From Selaginella moellendorffii (lineage: Eukaryota; Plantae; Lycopodiophyta), in contig NW_003314383.1 of NCBI RefSeq assembly GCF_000143415.4, forward strand, positions 186,001 through 250,000: a stretch of DNA of 64,000 nt, given 5' to 3'. Every line of letters starts with the position of its first letter. The first letter of the stretch is position 1. The position numbers and the translations under genes are program-made. The notes beneath the pieces are model-generated. The model was given only the letters and a program-made list of their open reading frames with translations. It did not search any database and was not told the origin of the DNA. Positions 1 to 11,849 of the stretch are shown here, one piece after another.

Positions 1-350
1 CAATGGTCAAAGTGGCCAATGAGCATAACAATTTAGATCAAAAACTTTAATTTGGAAAGTTGAGAGTGGGAGTGGAACTCCCAAAGAAGTGTTTGAGAAA
101 CAAGTGCAAAATTATCAATAATGAGTCTTTAAAAAAAGATATAAAAAGGACTAATGTCATAACACATAGAAGCATTAAGACCGAGTTTGAGACTAAATTT
201 AAGACTGAGTTTAAGGTTGAGTTTGAAACTGTGTTCGAGACCAAGTCCGAGATGGAGTTTGAGGCTGAGTCTGAGAATAGGCCAAGATGGAGTCCAATTT
301 TGAGATTGAAACTAAGCATGAGACCAAAATTGAGACCATAACTGGTTCAT
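1..350 (+). mobile_element. Degenerate LTR fragment (family B, same family as 58949-61140), truncated by window start
   Basis: 1-130 aligns by eye to about 59003-59150 (TGAGAGTGGGAGTGGAACTCCC vs TGAGAGCGGGAGTGGAACTCCC), followed by the same decayed GAGACC/GAGTCC hexamer array. Confidence 0.7.
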
Positions 351-1164
351 ATTCAATTTTGAGACTAAGATAAAAAAAAAAGGGCAAACTGACTTGGTCA
401 AGGTGACTAAGTGGGAAGGACACCCAAGTGAAATGATATATAACAATATAATAATATTGTGAGTCCAAGAAAATAATCTCCAAGAAAGAAAGAACCTATA
501 AAAGGGTTGTAAAATTGGGCCATAAATAGTGTAAACAATAGAAATGTTATAGAAACTTACTAAAGGTGAACACCCTTTGGATTTGAGTGTTTGTTATGAA
601 GCAAAAAGGATATCTCAAGGAGGAAGTAACAATCTTGGGTTGTTTGGTGTAATAATTGAAAGATAAGAGTAAAAGATTAGTGAGAAAAAATGGGCCTTAA
701 AAATTATTGAAGGGGATCTAAATGATAACTTTTGCTAATGGATTGTGGGAAAAGTAATAGGTTTCTAAGGTATGGGATTTCAAATGCTCCAATTTAACAA
801 AAGGTAAAAGCTATAGAAAGCTAGCAACAATATAGTCAAATGATAAGGCCAAAAATAACCCTAATACAAATTATAGATAAGTGGAATTTAATGCTTAAAT
901 TAGCATGAAATAAAATAGATGATGGTGATATCCTCAAGTAAAGAACTCTTTAGGATGGAAAAGTGGAATTTGCATTACATGTGCAATGGAAAGTGTTATA
1001 AATATCTAAAAAATCAATATGAGAAGTCAAAAGTTATAAGTTATATTGATATGGTTTGACACTCCAGAATGAGTAGTAAAATTAAGATAAAGAAGGTGTC
1101 TTTAAAGGGTTTAGTAGGATCTAAACCAACAAAGTGAGAGAACCATTATAAGTGATTTATTGAG

Positions 1165-1453
1165 ATGCTTTATTTCGTTAAAGTGGGACTTATTCAGTAA
1201 AGTGGGACATTAATTAGCATGTGTCCACATGCCATTTCCTAGTACTTAATTAATATTTATTAATATTTCTATCAGTTTTTTAATTTTTTTTTTTTATATT
1301 TCACAATATTATAACACAAAATCATATGAAAAGTTTTTAATTTATAAATTATAAAGTTAAAACTTCAATTTTTTATTGTTGTTATAAAAATGGCATGTGG
1401 CCACACACCATAAGTGGGATAATGAAAAGTCCCACTTTAACGAAATAAAGCAT
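1165..1453. mobile_element. MITE / non-autonomous TIR element, 289 bp
   Basis: Perfect 27-bp terminal inverted repeat ATGCTTTATTTCGTTAAAGTGGGACTT (1165-1191, reverse complement at 1427-1453); TGAG on both flanks (1161-1164, 1454-1457); subterminal inverted repeat CCACATGCCATTT; AT-rich core. Confidence 0.85.
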
Positions 1454-1641
1454 TGAGTCTTTAAGTTGGAGGGTCTATCCTTTTTAAAAGATGTGGAAGG
1501 CATGATGAACATTCAATGATAAACTATTGATGAATAGTAGTTTGGTGCAAAAGATAAAAATGGTAATTCATAATGAGGTTACTTTAAAAAATAACTTATC
1601 ATTTGATAAAGATATTGAACTTTGTTTATAGGTGGTAGAGT

Positions 1642-2275
1642 TGTAAGACACAATTCCTTAAATCCTAAAGTAGAGCTAAAAGCATGCTATATAGCAATGA
1701 CTGAAACAAAAATCCAACAAGCATAACATGTTTAGACAACTTGGAAAGTCAAGAACAAGAGTGGAACTCTCAAACAAGCACGAGGCAATTGATAGTCAGG
1801 TGATCGAAAGGGAGACAAGAAGGATTGACACATGGAAGTGTCGAGACCAAGTTTGAGACCAAGTCCAAAGCCAAGTCTAAATCTGAGGCCAAGTTCGAGA
1901 TGGAGGCTGAGACTAAATCTGAGATGGAGTTTGAGTTTGAGACCAAGACTAAAACTAGGTTCAAGACTGACACTTAGACCAACTCCAAATCTAAGTTCAA
2001 GTTTGAGTCTGAGTTTGAGTTCGAGAGTGAAAGCCTACAACCATCATTTAGGAGGTTTATAAGTCCCCATAGGATAGTAAAAGGAAAACTCCAATAAAAC
2101 TAGTGGGGTCAGAAAAGAATAGTGTGACCAAGGAAGATTACACTGATATGGTGGGTGATGATATAACTATTAGGAGTCTAAAGTTAGAATAAATATAGAT
2201 GGAGAAATAGGATAGTTTAGTGAAGTATTCAAGAGTTAATTCTAACTCCTTTAGGAGGTCAATTTGGGGAATTTA
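1642..2275 (+). mobile_element. Degenerate LTR fragment (family B)
   Basis: Starts TGTAAGACACAA after a purine-rich tract, matching TGTGAGACACAA at 58949; colinear similarity through the hexamer array and on to about 59900. Confidence 0.7.
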
Positions 2276-2279
2276 CTAG

Positions 2280-3645
2280 CCTTCAATAATAATTTTAAAG
2301 CCATCCCAATGTTACACTTGATCCAAGTGCTTTACATATTTAGTCTCATATCAAACATTCAAAGGTACCTATAATATATTAGCCTCTAAAACTAAAATTA
2401 TATCCATTCCCTTTATTGTATTAGTAGTCTAAGACCAATACTATAATCTTGTCTTTTCAAGATTGGGGCATTTATCCATGTGTGGTTATCTCATAACTAC
2501 ATTTTAGCATCCTTAGAATGTATAATCATATCTTTAATTACCAAACAAGAGAATCATTCCTCTTCCTTTTAAAAGTTTAGGACTTTTGGATGACATTTCA
2601 AAACACTGCGGCCTAATGTAAACTTTGTGGGTACTCCCTCCACTTTCTGCCACTAGGGTGCCCCAACCATCTAGCTAGGGCAAAGTTCCAATGAACCATA
2701 TAAGATATCCAAGTAAGTAATGCTATCCACATTTAGATTAAGAGTATTAACCATTTAGGATTTATGGAGGTCGTGAGTGAAACTCCTTTAAGTGGTCAAA
2801 TGTGTGGCTAATTGACTAATATAGAATGGATAATTTAGTCATCTATAGAGTGATAGTAAAAAAATTTATTTATTATTGTTGCAAAGTTTTTTCATTCCCC
2901 TATTATAGAGTTTTAATAATTTTAAGGAGAATAAAAAACACTAAACTTGACATTAGATTTAGAGAATAATAAAAGTCAAAATTGATCAATATGCCAAGAG
3001 AAGAAAAAATGACTATAGATGAAGAAGAAACACTAAAAATACAAGAAGGTAAAAAATAAATAGTTAGGAAACAAGAAAAAGATAAATAAAAATAATTATA
3101 TATAAGAAAAAAATGGCTGGATTTAAATATAAAAGGAAAGAGCCTATAAATAAGAGTGCACCCTTTTTCTAATCTATTAAAGGTCTTTAATTAAATATGA
3201 ATTAGTTAAACACTTGGATCTTGGGTTCTATACTACGAAGTTCACATTAAAGAGGTTATATATGGTATTAGAGAGGTTTAAAAGGTTAGCTACATGTTGA
3301 AATTTATATCTAGCCAAAAAAAATTTCAGATACTAAAAATAGTAATAATAATTTACAATATATGATTATTATTATCAAATTAGCATTATTAATATTATTA
3401 TATTAATAGTGAGGGTAACGATGCATGAATTGTAGCCTCCAACAACATAACAATGGCAAGACATGGTAGAAACAAAAAATACAATGAAGATTGACAGAAG
3501 AATCTAATGAAACACAATAACAGATTTAGATCAGAAAATAAGAATGAAAGCATAATCCATAAATCAAAGCAAAGAACTTACTAGCACCTTTCCCTTCAGT
3601 GACAATTTATATAGTGCCCCTCTCATCCACCAATGCGAGTGCTAT
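2280..3645. mobile_element. Mixed, highly decayed retrotransposon/LTR remnants
   Basis: AT-rich and CpG-depleted; PBS-like TGGTATTAGAG near 3263; 3130-3180 repeated near 6310-6360; 3600-3645 (minus) matches LTR family A at about 57350-57400. Confidence 0.45.
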
Positions 3646-3732
3646 TAATTGGGATAAAAATGCTTATATACATGAATGTATGGACCATATTTAAACTCAA
3701 TGATATAGATTTTATTATTCATGTTAAAAGAT

Positions 3733-4157
3733 TTAGTTCCACCTAATCTTGTATTAAAGAAAAGCATCCATTGCCTTAAAAACATTTTGATCCATATATT
3801 TGAGGATCCCACAGCCATAATAGTGTTCTCTAGAAAGTGGGAAATACTATTCAGGATGCCCACTGAAGTGACAGTTCAGATTCCTGTACATTAAAACAAG
3901 AATCCTCCATTGACGGGAGCATTGGCTGCTAGTTCTATCTTGGATGTTCTTTGCAATCTCCTCCCGTACAGCTTTATGAGACAATCTTCTGGCCTTTGCA
4001 AGTGTTCCTGGACCTTACGTATCAAGGCCATATGCTCCTCTTTGCTCCATCCTCCATGACACTTGATCGGCTCCTCTGGTCCCTATCAGAATACATTCAA
4101 ATTCATGCTACAAATATTTAATCAAAGGAATACCTTGTGCAGGCGTTCCATTTCCAT
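3733..4157 (-). pseudogene. Trihelix (Myb/SANT-like, SH4/ASR3-type) domain pseudogene, copy A
   Basis: Spliced and frameshift-corrected translation MEMERLHK|GPEEPIKCHGGWSKEEHMALI...EEIAKNIQDRTSSQCSRQWRILVLMYRNL...YFPLSRE...MDQNVFKAMDAFL matches the trihelix pattern W-x3-E-x3-LI ... RT-x2-QC-x3-W; contains a frameshift and in-frame stops. Confidence 0.7.
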
Positions 4158-4229
4158 TGCACCCAGCCAGAACCACGTTTTTATAAACCCAGCTATTATT
4201 AATAAGAAACACAAAAGTTTATACTTACA

Positions 4230-5432
4230 CATATACATATAGAAGCCATCTTTTCTTTGATTCATGGCCGCGAAGGTGTATGCCCTAATGTCTAAGAATT
4301 CAGATCTCTTACAGTTAAGACTGGTTAAGAAGACCAATTCCTCGTCCAAGTGGCCACAATACTCCCAAGTTCTTCTCCACCAAATGAAACACTAACAGAG
4401 GATACATGCAGTTGGAGACAACGATCACATCACCTGCTAGATGGGCCATCCACTCTTCACCATGAATGTCAATTTCACCAAGTGGCCACTCACCACCAAG
4501 TATTTCCCAGATGAGAGTATGGCTGAGTGTGAGCCATTTACCAAGCTCTTCATCCTTCTCTAGCATGCTTAGAGCCTCTTTGTATCCCATATCTGTCACC
4601 TTCCCTATGAACAAGCAAAATCCTTCTTCCTCTTGAAAACATCGAACAGGCACCCAGCTTCCGGAGCCAGAATTGTACTAGAGAATGTAGGCCACATCCT
4701 CTTCATCAGTGATGTTGAGCACTACAATCCGATAGATCCCTATCTCAAGATCCACATCCATTGCCTTGATCAAGAAAACCTTCTCAGTACACTGAAGCAC
4801 CTTCCAAGAGTTTGTGAGCGGATTGCCCACAGCCAGAGACCGTGAGTGCCTTCCGTCTCCGGCCACCCAGCAAGCGTGCCACAAACGAGCCCATTTGCCA
4901 TGACATGGCTCTCAAACATTGGAGGGAACTCCAAGCGGGCCGAGAGGCAGCGATTATGGCTTGAGTGGTCGGCTGGAGAAAGGGCGCTAGAGGACTGTGG
5001 ATTGGGCGCCACGGGAGAGAATCATCCGGACCACCCAGGGAATGCCATGATGCTGTTCCTTCCCGTGGCGATCTAGAAACGAGCGAGAGGAAAGAATGTG
5101 GTACTAGGCACTCGCATTCGCAGGAGGATGTCCATAAGCAATTCCTGCTCCTTATCAAGGAAACCATTCATTGCCTCAAAAATCTCTTGGTCCATATGCA
5201 CAAGGATCACCCATGACCATTCACCAAATTGCTGCTCTTCAGAGAATGGGAAATAGTCTGCAATGTACTGTATGTGACAACTAGACCTTCCATCTTGTCC
5301 TGCCATTGAACATAGAACAACAAGCTTCTCCTTTCTTCCTGGCACAGCCAGTATGCATGGTGCTAAGGCTATATAGTCTGCTTTCGTCTGCTTGATTGGC
5401 TGCTCTAGTCCTTGTCATCGCCTTGTTCCCAC
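4230..5432 (-). pseudogene. F-box / F-box-associated domain pseudogene with an N-terminal trihelix remnant
   Basis: ELLMDILLRMRV (F-box-like); MANGLVCG...LAVGNPLTNSWKVL (F-box-associated motif NGL-x-C...V-x-NPLT-x2-W-x2-L); several stops and frameshifts across ORFs 5073-5345, 4770-5012, 4678-4884, 4315-4653. Confidence 0.65.
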
Positions 5433-5449
5433 TTTCTATTGCAACATGA

Positions 5450-7580
5450 AGAAATTAAAAGAATTTAATTTAGGGTCGACTATAGTACACATAATTATTA
5501 AATATGTCTCTTGGATAAATCTATTATTTAGTTTTCAAGTTTTAAGTTGAATATAAAGTTGAAATATATGTTATGAAATATTTTTTCTTAGTGAGAATAA
5601 ATCTAATTATGAGTGCTAGGGATATAGGAATAGGTATATTAATTGAGGTTTAGACCCGTGCTTATATACAAAAATGGATGGATTACATTCACTCTGAAAT
5701 ATATAGTCTATATGTTTTAGTATTATAATTAGTGTACTACTTAGACAGGGTAATAAATGTATATACATCCATATATTTATAAACATTATACCATCCTCCT
5801 CTCTAGAAGATGAAAAAGTGATGACAATAAATTAAATGAAATATCTAGAGCTTTTGTTGGATGATTACAAACTACTATAAGAATCTGAAACTCTTACAAA
5901 ATTACTAAAAAAATTGTTGACAACTATAACTGAAACAAAACCTAGAGTCATGGCATAAGCATCAGTCAATTATAGAATCCCGATGAACTAATTACAACTC
6001 TATATGCAATTGCTAAATGCTTAAATCAATATCAAAATCATAATTTTGAACCAAAATAAGGGACTTTAAGAGCCATTGCAATCTATAAAGCACCATTGCA
6101 AAAAATAATATATCCCATCTCTAAGTTTATTTGTTGACAATCCTCCAATACCATCATTAACTTAGACTTATGACCATAAGTAAAATTTACCTCTTCGTAT
6201 TTGTTTAGCATTGTATATAGGAAATTGAACTCACTCCATTTATCCTCTATATCCTTTTTATTATAAGTAACTAAAAAGAATGATTTGAAAAATAATCTAT
6301 AGGATTCAAATATAAAAGGAAAGGGTTTATGAATAAAAGTGCACCCCCTTTTCTAACTAACCTTTTCAACATATAACTCACATTGATTAATGGAAAAATT
6401 AATAAAAATGTCTACACTTCTAAAGGAACAAATAGATAAAACAAAGACTTTCAATAACACTCATAATTAAAGACATACACTCAATTTGAAACTCTAGCCA
6501 AAGTGATTTAACCCTTGGAACAAGGGAATATTCAACACCAAAATTGATCAAAAACACTACTAATGAATAAAAGTAAGATTCTCAACTTCATGCACATATG
6601 TAACATCTAAACTAATATGAGGACATAAAACATTTAACTCAACACTGGACTAAAAATGAGAATTATAAGAGTCATAAATGATTAGTGTGCAAAGAGAAGA
6701 AAACACTATAGATAAGAAAGAAATTGAAAATGTGGCTCAAGCTGATAAATAAAAAAAGGTTAGGAAAGAGTAAAAGGTAAAGAGAAATAATCAAATGACA
6801 AATTGAAGGATTAACACCTACCTCGTGAAATCTCCACTTCATCTCCAAAGTTATCTTCATAATAATTAAGTTTGTCAAAATGATTTGGAATCCACTTGGG
6901 TTTATACACATCGTCTTCCCATAAATTTGATCCTTGAATATTTTCCAAAAATTAGACTGCATCATCCATAACTCACTAATCGATATCACACTTATGCTTC
7001 ATCTTAACCAAAGATGGTAGAACAGGACAAACCATATAATCATATCCCACAAAAGTTGGAGATGGTAGCACACCAAAGATGAATATAGCACCAATATAAT
7101 CACACTTCACAGCATAAAAAGTTTAATCCAACAGAATAGTATTAATAGCCTTAAGTGATGTACTTTTTAATTGATGATAGGATGGCATAGTAGAAGAAGA
7201 GAATGCAATGAAAATCAAAAGAAAGAATAAATCTAACCACAGTAATAGCTAAAGTTCTAGATTTTGCAAAAAACTAATATACATCTAAATCTAAAAGAGA
7301 ATGAAGGAATAAGAACAAAAAGCACAATCCCAAATACTAAAGTAAAACATTGTTAAAAAATTTTGCTCTTTAGGGACAAATTGTAATGCTTCTCATCTCC
7401 ATTAATGTGAGTGCATGAAATATGGAAATGAAATACAAAAATGTGCATATCAATTAGCTCAAAAACTTTAGCTTATATACAAAAGTGAGTGGTCCAAATT
7501 AAAATTAATCTTACAGCTACCAAAATTTTACTATATTAATATTAGTATACAGCATCATAGCTGTACACTTGGGCCTCGCA
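5450..7580 (-). mobile_element. Decayed Ty3/gypsy remnants ending in an LTR family A copy (about 7370-7580)
   Basis: 7380-7580 is the reverse complement of 57183-57390 (TGCGAGGCCCAAGTGTACAGCTATGATG vs TGTGAGGTCCAAATGTATACCTACGATA); the rest is AT-rich with no intact ORF. Confidence 0.5.
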
Positions 7581-7633
7581 TAACAATTTTAAAATAATAT
7601 AACATAGTATAACAATTATTATTATTTAGTAAC

Positions 7634-7656
7634 AGAGAGAGAGAGAGAGAGAGAGA
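7634..7656. repeat. (AG)n microsatellite
   Basis: Direct reading. Confidence 0.95.
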
Positions 7657-8552
7657 AACCAATTAGATCCATTGGTATAGCTTTGTAAACCAAACTCATC
7701 AATTAAAAGAGTGATGATGTTAATGTATGTGTATAAACAAAAGAGAATCCATTGTGTTCCACTGTAATTCTTGCAAGAAATTGAAGTATGAGATGATGTG
7801 TAAGTAAGAAATTATAAAATAAAGAAGACAATGTAATAATATACTTATAATTTTGCAATTTTCCTTCCTCCAAGTGAATTCTTAAGAGGTCACCAACTAA
7901 GGTTTTTGTGAGGCATCATCCAATGAAGATCTCCAGAAAGACTATGTTACTGTTGAATATTGTTGGAGAAAAAATAACAATTTCAAATATTTAAAAACAA
8001 AAACTAAACTGTCAGAATTTACTAAAAATCCTAGACATGTTAATCTAATTGCATATTAACTGTTAGATGGTAGACTATATTAAAACATTATTCCCATTAT
8101 CCTACAGATTATTCGTGGTAAAAAGCGTCTGCCACGTGGAGATTCGGATTAACTGTTTCCTTGCTGCGAAGAGCCCTAAAAACGTTATGGCGGGGCGGTG
8201 GTTCTTCCTTCTTCCATCGGTAACCGCTCTCCGCGATTGCTGCGCGCCATAGAAAAATTGTTTAGATTGTGATTGTCTCTCAATGCAGCATTCGAGTTCT
8301 TCTCTCCAGGGTTTCTATCAGTGATGTTATTGTCGCCCCGTATTTCTCATTTTCACGCAGCGGCATTCTAATCGCTAAAGCATCAAGAAATCTCAGCTCG
8401 TTTGAGTAGTTGCTGACTAAATTTCTTCTTTTCTTTCTTTTCTTCAGCGAATTTTAGGAAGCTCCGAAGAACACACCCGGGTCGTGTAAGAATTTTTCAT
8501 CTCTTGACATGATGGTGATAGTTGTTTATTTTTTTCAGAGGCGGTGCTGGCT

Positions 8553-10450
8553 ATGGCTGAAATCACTTCATCTTACAGTGTTGTGGACACCGACCATGAA
8601 TTCGCATTTCCGCAAGCCTCGAAACAAGAAAGCAAGGCTCTTGATGCTCCAGAAAAGGATCAAAGTAGCTGCCTGAATGCTTCACCAGACGAAATCCTTG
8701 AGCTTCTTAAAGGAGACCACTCTTGCGAGGCAACCAAACTCATCGAGGAGTCTGGAATGATCGAAGTGGATGAAGCTCCCTCGGAAGATCGAATGCATGC
8801 CTCGACGATGGTGTACAGCTTCATTGGTGATCCGGGTGCCTCTTTTCTGGGAAACGTTGACACCAAAGAGCGTGACTGGGTTTCTATCCCAGCTCCGGTT
8901 AAACCAGAAGATCAAGCTGCTTCTATCGTCTACGATCAAGACACTCTCGCAAAATCGCCAGAAAACACAGGATGGATTTCCGTGGACGTGCCTGGCCATC
9001 AGAAACAATCCGACGATACGTGCTCGGTACCGTGCTCGCTGGTGGAATGGATAACTGTGGACATGCCTCCGAAAACTGGACAAGCTGACGCATCGACGAA
9101 GCGAGGCATGCAGTATAGCGAGCATGTTTGCGTCAGCTTCTCGGAGAGAACTCAACAAAACTCCGGGGGTCACAAGTACTACTCGGCTGCCAGTTCGCAA
9201 GCTTGCGGCATTGGACCGGTTCCAAGGACACGCAAAAGGCGAACGATTTCTGGGAAGATCAGAGCAAGAATAGAAGCACTTGAGAATTCATTCCGACAGG
9301 TAAAACAGTTCGAACAGGTTTCATTTACCTTTGTAACATTGCTGTACGCACAGGAGCTAGACCGCTTGAATTCCCCGCTCACGAAAGTGAAAAACAGAAG
9401 AATTCACGAGGGTCTGAGACGTGGAGCTGCCGCAGCTGTTGCCATTGACGAGGGAGGAGTGCCAAACTTTAAGGAAGTGCAGCAAAGAATAAAGCGGCTG
9501 AGTTTGTGCGAGGAGAAGCCACCGAGGCCAATCCATCAGCTCGGTCGATTCGAAAGCCAGGCAGCGACGTTCCCAGCGACGTTCCGGTCTCAAGTGCCGG
9601 AAACTGTCATTAGCGAGTGCCAAAGCTCGCAAGCTAACAGTGACGGGTCCTCCATGGTCCCGGAAACAAGTAACGAAGTGAAAAACGTTTCCGAGCAGCT
9701 ATTGCCTGAACTAAACCGTGGAGTGGAGCCCGATGATGAGCCAGTGAAACCGGATAATTTCGAGGATGAAGAATGGGAGCTCGCAGGAAAAAACGGTGCA
9801 CAGCCAGACCAAGAAAAAGAGGTAATTATATGTTTACTTTTCTCTCGCTGAAGTCTTCGTGCCTTCTTCACAGTTTGAACTTGAAGGAGTTCCAGTGGAA
9901 TTGACAGAGGGAATTCCCAAGTGCAAGAATCAAACTTCTGTGGGTGGATTGGTTAAGCAGGTAAACCGGCCACCTGAGAGCTTTTCGTATGTGTTCCAGT
10001 TTATTCAGTCCGTGTTTACTAGCTTACAGGTTATCAGTGGAGCAGCGCTACTGGCAGGACTCATATTTTTGTGGCCAAGGGGTAACAACTTGATCTGGAG
10101 GTGCGCGGGTGGATTAGAGTTTCTTTTTGCAAATTTGCCTCTTTCTTTCCACAGTTTCTTCGTGTTTATATTTTGCTTGCTACTCCCGGGGACTTGATCT
10201 TTCTGACCATTGTGTTTTGTTCTTTGCTCGCGTCCCTGTTGTTCGTAAAGGGCTCCTCAGAAAAGGAAGAGGCAAGCATAAGAGACTTTCGTTATCTCAA
10301 GTTTAATCGTATTAACGTGACAATGTGTGTAGGTACAACGTGGTGACGAAGGCAAGCTCGTATCAGGAAATTGCTTCTTACAGTGACTACAAGAAATCGC
10401 CAGGAAACCGGTTTAATCTGGAAGTAAGAACCCAAGCTAAATTGCTCTAA
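8553..10450 (+). CDS. Unknown acidic, probably disordered protein with a near C-terminal transmembrane helix. Exons approximately 8553-9299, 9354-9821, 9874-9960, 10030-10081, then uncertain 3' exons
   Basis: 435-aa ORF; phase-consistent GT-AG introns; hydrophobic exon VISGAALLAGLIFLWPR; upstream 5'UTR intron signals (8310-8538); 3' end tentative. Confidence 0.7.
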
Positions 10451-11118
10451 TCTGAGTTTATCTTCGTGCAAGTGTTTCAAGGGATGAAAGTAGCACAATT
10501 CATTGGACTTTCATAACAAATAGAATTACTATCAGTTTAGTTCACGGGGAGATCTCTTTCCACATTAGCTCAAATCACAATGCTCAATTACAGAAAAACG
10601 CTGTAGCGTGGGCTTACTGTTAAGTGTTGCTAGATCCAATTCAGACTTGTGAAACTCCAAAGATTCTTGCTGTAAGGACAAAAGTTCGGGAGAAGGGAAT
10701 TGTCTTCAAATAACAGGGTAAATGTTTCAAGCACTAATAGTTTCTCAATCTTATTGTCGGGGAAGCCCGCAAAGGTTCTAGCCATTAATTAGTCTGTAAG
10801 TCAAGGAGCTTTAGAATCAACTTTGACACGAACGCAAGTAATTACAGATCTAAAACGCAGCTTTCGCATGCCCGTGGGAATCCTTTGGTCCTCTTTTAGC
10901 AGCCGATAGTAGAAGTATTTTGATTTTCCAGAAAAGCTGGGGACCAAATAGATTGGGTTGAATTGGACACGGCAAAAGATACAAAGTGGTGTTCCTTAAG
11001 TCTCTAATCTCGTAGCTTCACGACGAGTATCAACGTGTTCCAAAAGCGTGATTGGTTCCATGGGGGAATGTGCGTTAAGGCTTTGATATTAATCTTTTTC
11101 TCTTGATGTTATGTAATT

Positions 11119-11203
11119 GTGAGCGTGCCGGAGTGGTTATCGGGCATGACTAGAAATCATGTGGGCTCTGCCCGCGCAGGTTCGAATCATCCTGCCGCTC
11201 ACG
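11119..11203 (+). tRNA. tRNA-Ser(AGA) with a 3-nt duplication in the T arm (possible pseudo-tRNA)
   Basis: Acceptor stem GTGAGCG/CGCTCAC; D arm GCCGGAGTGGTTATCGGGC; anticodon arm CATGA-CT-AGA-AA-TCATG; long variable arm; T arm reads GGTTCGAATCATCCTGC instead of GGTTCGAATCCTGC. Confidence 0.85.
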
Positions 11204-11318
11204 TTTACATCTTGGAATTTTATGCTTTTCGTTGAATACTAAAAAGCCTTAAAGCACGTGAATCTCGTGAATAAAAGCATGCACGCTCGTTGAAAAGAAA
11301 GATTTAGTTTTGGCTAGG

Positions 11319-11746
11319 TTTAGTTCCGCCTAATCTTGTATTGAATGAAAGCATCCACTACCTCAAAAATATCTCTGTTCATATGTTTGAGGATCCCATA
11401 GCCATAATATTGTTCTCTAGAAAGTGGGAAATACTGTTCAGGGTGCTTACTGAAGTGACACTTCAGATTCCTGTACATTAAAACAAGAATCCTCCATTGA
11501 TGGGAGCATTCTATCTTGGATGTTCTCTGCAATCTCCTCCTATACAGCTTTATGAGACAAGTTGCTCTGCAAGTGTTCCTGGCAACATATCAAGGCCATA
11601 TGCTCTTTTTTGCTCCATCCTCCACGACGCTTGATCGGCTCCTCTGGTCCCTATCAGAATATATTCAAGTTCATGCTACAAATATTTAATTGAAGGAATA
11701 CCTTGTCATCGTCGCCTAGTGTGCGTGTTCCATTTCCATTGCACCC
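11319..11746 (-). pseudogene. Trihelix-domain pseudogene, copy B (duplicate of 3733-4164)
   Basis: Colinear high similarity to 3732-4164 including the intron; internal deletions and an early TAG. Confidence 0.75.
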
Positions 11747-11849
11747 CATCCTAAATAAAAGAGCAAAACGTAAAGCAGATTATATAGTACGGACATTAGC
11801 GCTTAAATTCGAACCAAAGTTTGATAATTTTCGGGTTTAGGGTTTTGCC

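Noticed and set aside
47-2062. Short ORFs 47-319, 60-341, 1770-1973, 1832-2062
   Set aside because: Decayed copies of the same LTR hexamer array
9318-9353. 36-nt ultra-short in-frame intron
   Set aside because: A stronger donor at 9300 gives an ordinary 54-nt in-frame intron to the same acceptor
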